A stretch of 64,000 bases of DNA. Origin: Chiloscyllium plagiosum (lineage: Eukaryota). Shown one piece after another: positions 60,815 through 64,000 of the stretch (positions are counted from its first letter, which is position 1; each line of letters starts with the position of its first letter). Location of the stretch: positions 24,884,979-24,948,978 of the forward strand of contig NC_057749.1 in the NCBI RefSeq assembly GCF_004010195.1. The letters are read 5' to 3'. The translations under genes and the position numbers were made by a program. The notes beneath the pieces were generated by a model. That model made no database searches. It was given only the letters and a program-made list of their open reading frames with translations, and had not been told where the DNA came from.

Positions 60815-61171
60815 TTTCACATTAAAATGTTCAGAAGTGAGCCCTTTGCTGCTTTTCAATCACCTTGCTGGGTTTGAGGAGATGTAGGCAGATGAAATGT
60901 TAGCTACCAAAGTATCATGCAGTGTCTCCTCCGAGTGCTAGGGGACAATTTAAGTCTTGACCAACCTGATATCAATTCTCCGGTGGCATTTTCCAGTGAC
61001 GAATTACCTATTCCTTTTGAAATTATGTCTTGCATGAACAGGGAGCTGAAGCAACATTGCATCGCAAGCCAACATGGCCACAGAGGCTTTTTAGGGCCTT
61101 AAGTATGTGGGGAAAATATTACCTGATAGAATGGCAGATGGGCCATTCATGTTAGTAATATTTCCGAATAT

Positions 61172-61411
61172 GTGACTGTGTGGAGTTTGCACGTTCTCCC
61201 CGTGTCTGCGTGGGTTTCCTCCGGGTGCTCCGGTTTCCTCCCACAGTCCAAAGATGTGCAGGTCAGGTGAATTGGCCATGCTAAATTGCCCGTAGTGTTA
61301 GGTAAGGGGTAAATGTAGGGGCATGGCTGGGTTGCGCTTCGGCGGGTCGGTGTGGACGTGTTGGGCCGAAGGGCCTATTTCCACGCTGTAATGTAATCTA
61401 ATCTAATCTAA
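61172..61411 (+). mobile_element. HE1 SINE, 5'-truncated
   Basis: V-domain and (taatc)n tail. Confidence 0.9.
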
Positions 61412-62156
61412 CCTGCTCAGGGATATTAAGACACATCTCTGAAGGAGGTAGGACTTAAATGCTGGCCTCCTGGCTCAGAGATGGAGACACTACCACTGCA
61501 CCACAAGACCACTCCATAGTGAAATCAGATTTAATCTCGACAAGCAGTCACGGCAAGACTGGAAGCCATTCATGTTAGCATTAATTCATAGGAATGCTAA
61601 CAGTTAAGATGTTATCAATAAGTTAGTTGATGTACCTGATAGGGGCTCATGTGGTAGCATCCCTATCTCTGAGCTAGGAGGCCCACGCTCATGTTCCACC
61701 TGTTCCAGAGGTATACCAAACCAGGTTGAGGAAGGAATCTCTGTTTACGTGTTTTGTGGCGCAATGGGTGCTTGAGCTGAAAAGGTTCAATCCTGCCTGC
61801 CCAGGAGCTGCCTTTGAAAGGCTGTTGGGCATTGACTGGTGGAGGAGGTGATGGCTGATTGCATTATTTCTCCCACTATCGACATTTTAATTTGATCTGA
61901 GTTTTCTTTTTAGTTACAGCCCCTTAATAGGCTGCTGGGGTTATTTTGTACATCTACAATTTGTTTTCAGTCTTCACAAAAAGGGCATTCAAATGTTTAC
62001 AAAAGAGTGTCAGCTGAGAGGATTCAGGGGTTTGTAGGCTATATGGTTGGTTTAATTAAAGTCTCACTTGAAGTATATGCCTGGACTGTGTCTAAAACCA
62101 TTTCACTGCTAGTGGATAACAATTCAGTTCATCCTCCTGATGTTGGCTCTTTCATG

Positions 62157-62406
62157 ATTAGATTCCCTACAGTGTGGAAACAGGCCCTTCGGCCCAACAC
62201 GTCCACACCGACCCTCTGAAATGTAACCCACCCAGACCCGTTTCCATCTGACTAATGCACCTCACACTATGGACAATTTAGCATGGCCAATTCACCTGGC
62301 CTGTGGGAGGAAACCCACACAGACAGTCGCCCAAGGGTGGAATCGAACCTGGGACCCTGGTGTTGTGAGGTAGCAGTGTTAACCACTGAGCCATTCTGCC
62401 ACCCCA
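62157..62406 (-). mobile_element. HE1 SINE with internal deletions
   Basis: Reverse-complement HE1. Confidence 0.85.
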
Positions 62407-62734
62407 TGTGATCTGATTGATCCCACACTGGGCTTTTACCCCATACAGCACGGTAATTTTATGAAGGTTCTTATCAATTTCCCTTTCCTCTTTGAATGTC
62501 ATTGTTGGATCTGCCCCCATCACCCTTTCATGACAAACGTTTAAACTCCCAGTTACTCACTCTGCAACAACCATGATTCAGCATTTCCCATGTGGTTCTT
62601 TTGCATATCACTAGATATTAGAAATATTAAGCGCTTCTGCAAGTTTACTCCATCAAAGCCTGTGATGATTTTAACACCCCATTAAATCCCCTGTTAGCCT
62701 TCTCTGTACCATGCTGTATAAAGGTTTGGTCAAG

Positions 62735-63700
62735 GCAAATCAGGGCAGGACTTACACACTTAATGGTAAGTCCTGGGGAGTGTTGCTAAACAAAGAGATA
62801 TTGTAACTTCATATCTTCTTGAAAGTGGAGTCACAGGGAGACAGGATAGCAAGGACAATGTTTAGTATGCTTGCCTTTGTTAGCGAGCGCATTGAGTATA
62901 GGAGTTGGGACGTCATGTTGCGATCGTACTGCACATTGGTTCGGCCACTTTTGGAATACTGCGTGCAATGCTGGTCTCCCTGCTATAGGATGGATGTTGC
63001 GAAACTTGAAAGGATTCAGAAAAGATTTACCAATGTTGGAGCTACAGGGAGAGGCTGATTAGATTAGATTCCCCACAATGTGGCCCTTCAGCCCAACCAG
63101 TCCACACAGACCCTCTGAAGAGTAACCCACCCAGACCCATTTCCCTCTGACTAATGCACCTAACACTATAGGCAGTTTAACGTGGCCAATTCACTGGACC
63201 TGCACATCTTTGGACTGTGGGAGGAAACCAGAGCACCCGGAGGAAAACCACGCAGACACGGGGAGAATGTGCAAACTCCACACAGACAGTTGCCCGAGGC
63301 TGGAATCAAACTTGGGATCCTGGTGCTGTGAGGTAGTAGTGCTAACCACTGGGCCACCCGGCCACCCCCTGGGTCTTTCCTCCCTGGAGTGTCAGAGGCT
63401 GAGGGGTGACCTTATAGAGGTTTATAAAATCATGATGGGCATGGATAGGGTAAGCATTGTGTGGGAGTCCAAAACTGGACAGCCTAGGTTTAAGGTGAGG
63501 GGGGAAAGATATAAAAGGGACTGCAGGGGCAACTTTTTCACGCAGAGGATGGTGGTTATATGGAATGAGGTGCCAGAGGAAGTGGTGGAGGCTGGTACAA
63601 TGGCAACATTTAAAAGCCATCTGGATGGGTACGTGAATAGGAAGGGTTTAGAGGGATATGGGCCAAGTGTTGGCAAATAGGACCAGATTAATTTAGGATA
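62735..63700 (+). mobile_element. CR1/HER1 3' fragment interrupted by an HE1 SINE (63057-63367, minus)
   Basis: IEYRSWDVML..LVRPLLEYCVQCWSP; RLRGDLIEVYKIM..WNEVPEE. Confidence 0.9.
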
Positions 63701-64000
63701 CCTAACACTATAGGCAGTTTAACGTGGCCAATTCACTGGACCTGCACATCTTTGGACTGTGGGAGGAAACCAGAGCACCCGGAGGAAAACCACGCAGACA
63801 CGGGGAGAATGTGCAAACTCCACACAGACAGTTGCCCGAGGCTGGAATCAAACTTGGGATCCTGGTGCTGTGAGGTAGTAGTGCTAACCACTGGGCCACC
63901 CGGCCACCCCCTGGGTCTTTCCTCCCTGGAGTGTCAGAGGCTGAGGGGTGACCTTATAGAGGTTTATAAAATCATGATGGGCATGGATAGGGTAAGCATT
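63158..64000. repeat. 542-bp-period tandem duplication running off the window end
   Basis: 63700-64000 repeats 63158-63458; identical ORFs at 63166 and 63708. Confidence 0.95.

Overview
Repeat-dense vertebrate non-coding DNA, very probably from a shark. This is an inference from about 20 HE1-type V-SINEs, HER1/CR1 LINEs and Deu-domain SINEs. I recognise no intact host protein-coding gene, and most ORFs in the track are SINE/LINE translations. The window holds a decayed 2.9-kb CR1/HER1 ORF2, many CR1, L2 and RTE fragments, a second CR1-group LINE with its partner SINE, and Gypsy-type LTRs (one with a tRNA-Pro PBS, gag remnant and 4-bp TSD). It also holds a decayed tRNA-Asp gene with a pol III terminator, a 45-bp minisatellite, a 195-bp inverted duplication, a terminal 542-bp tandem duplication and a 462-N gap. 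The most notable system is about 20 Penelope-like element (PLE) insertions. Most are short fold-back units with 11-16 bp TSDs and a ~35-nt tail on one arm. Their terminal repeats fall into four sequence families, all carrying a minimal hammerhead ribozyme core with covarying stem II and a palindromic stem III. PLE-associated hammerheads are known in general; these particular families and their activity are not verified here. Repeat boundaries were read by eye and are approximate.
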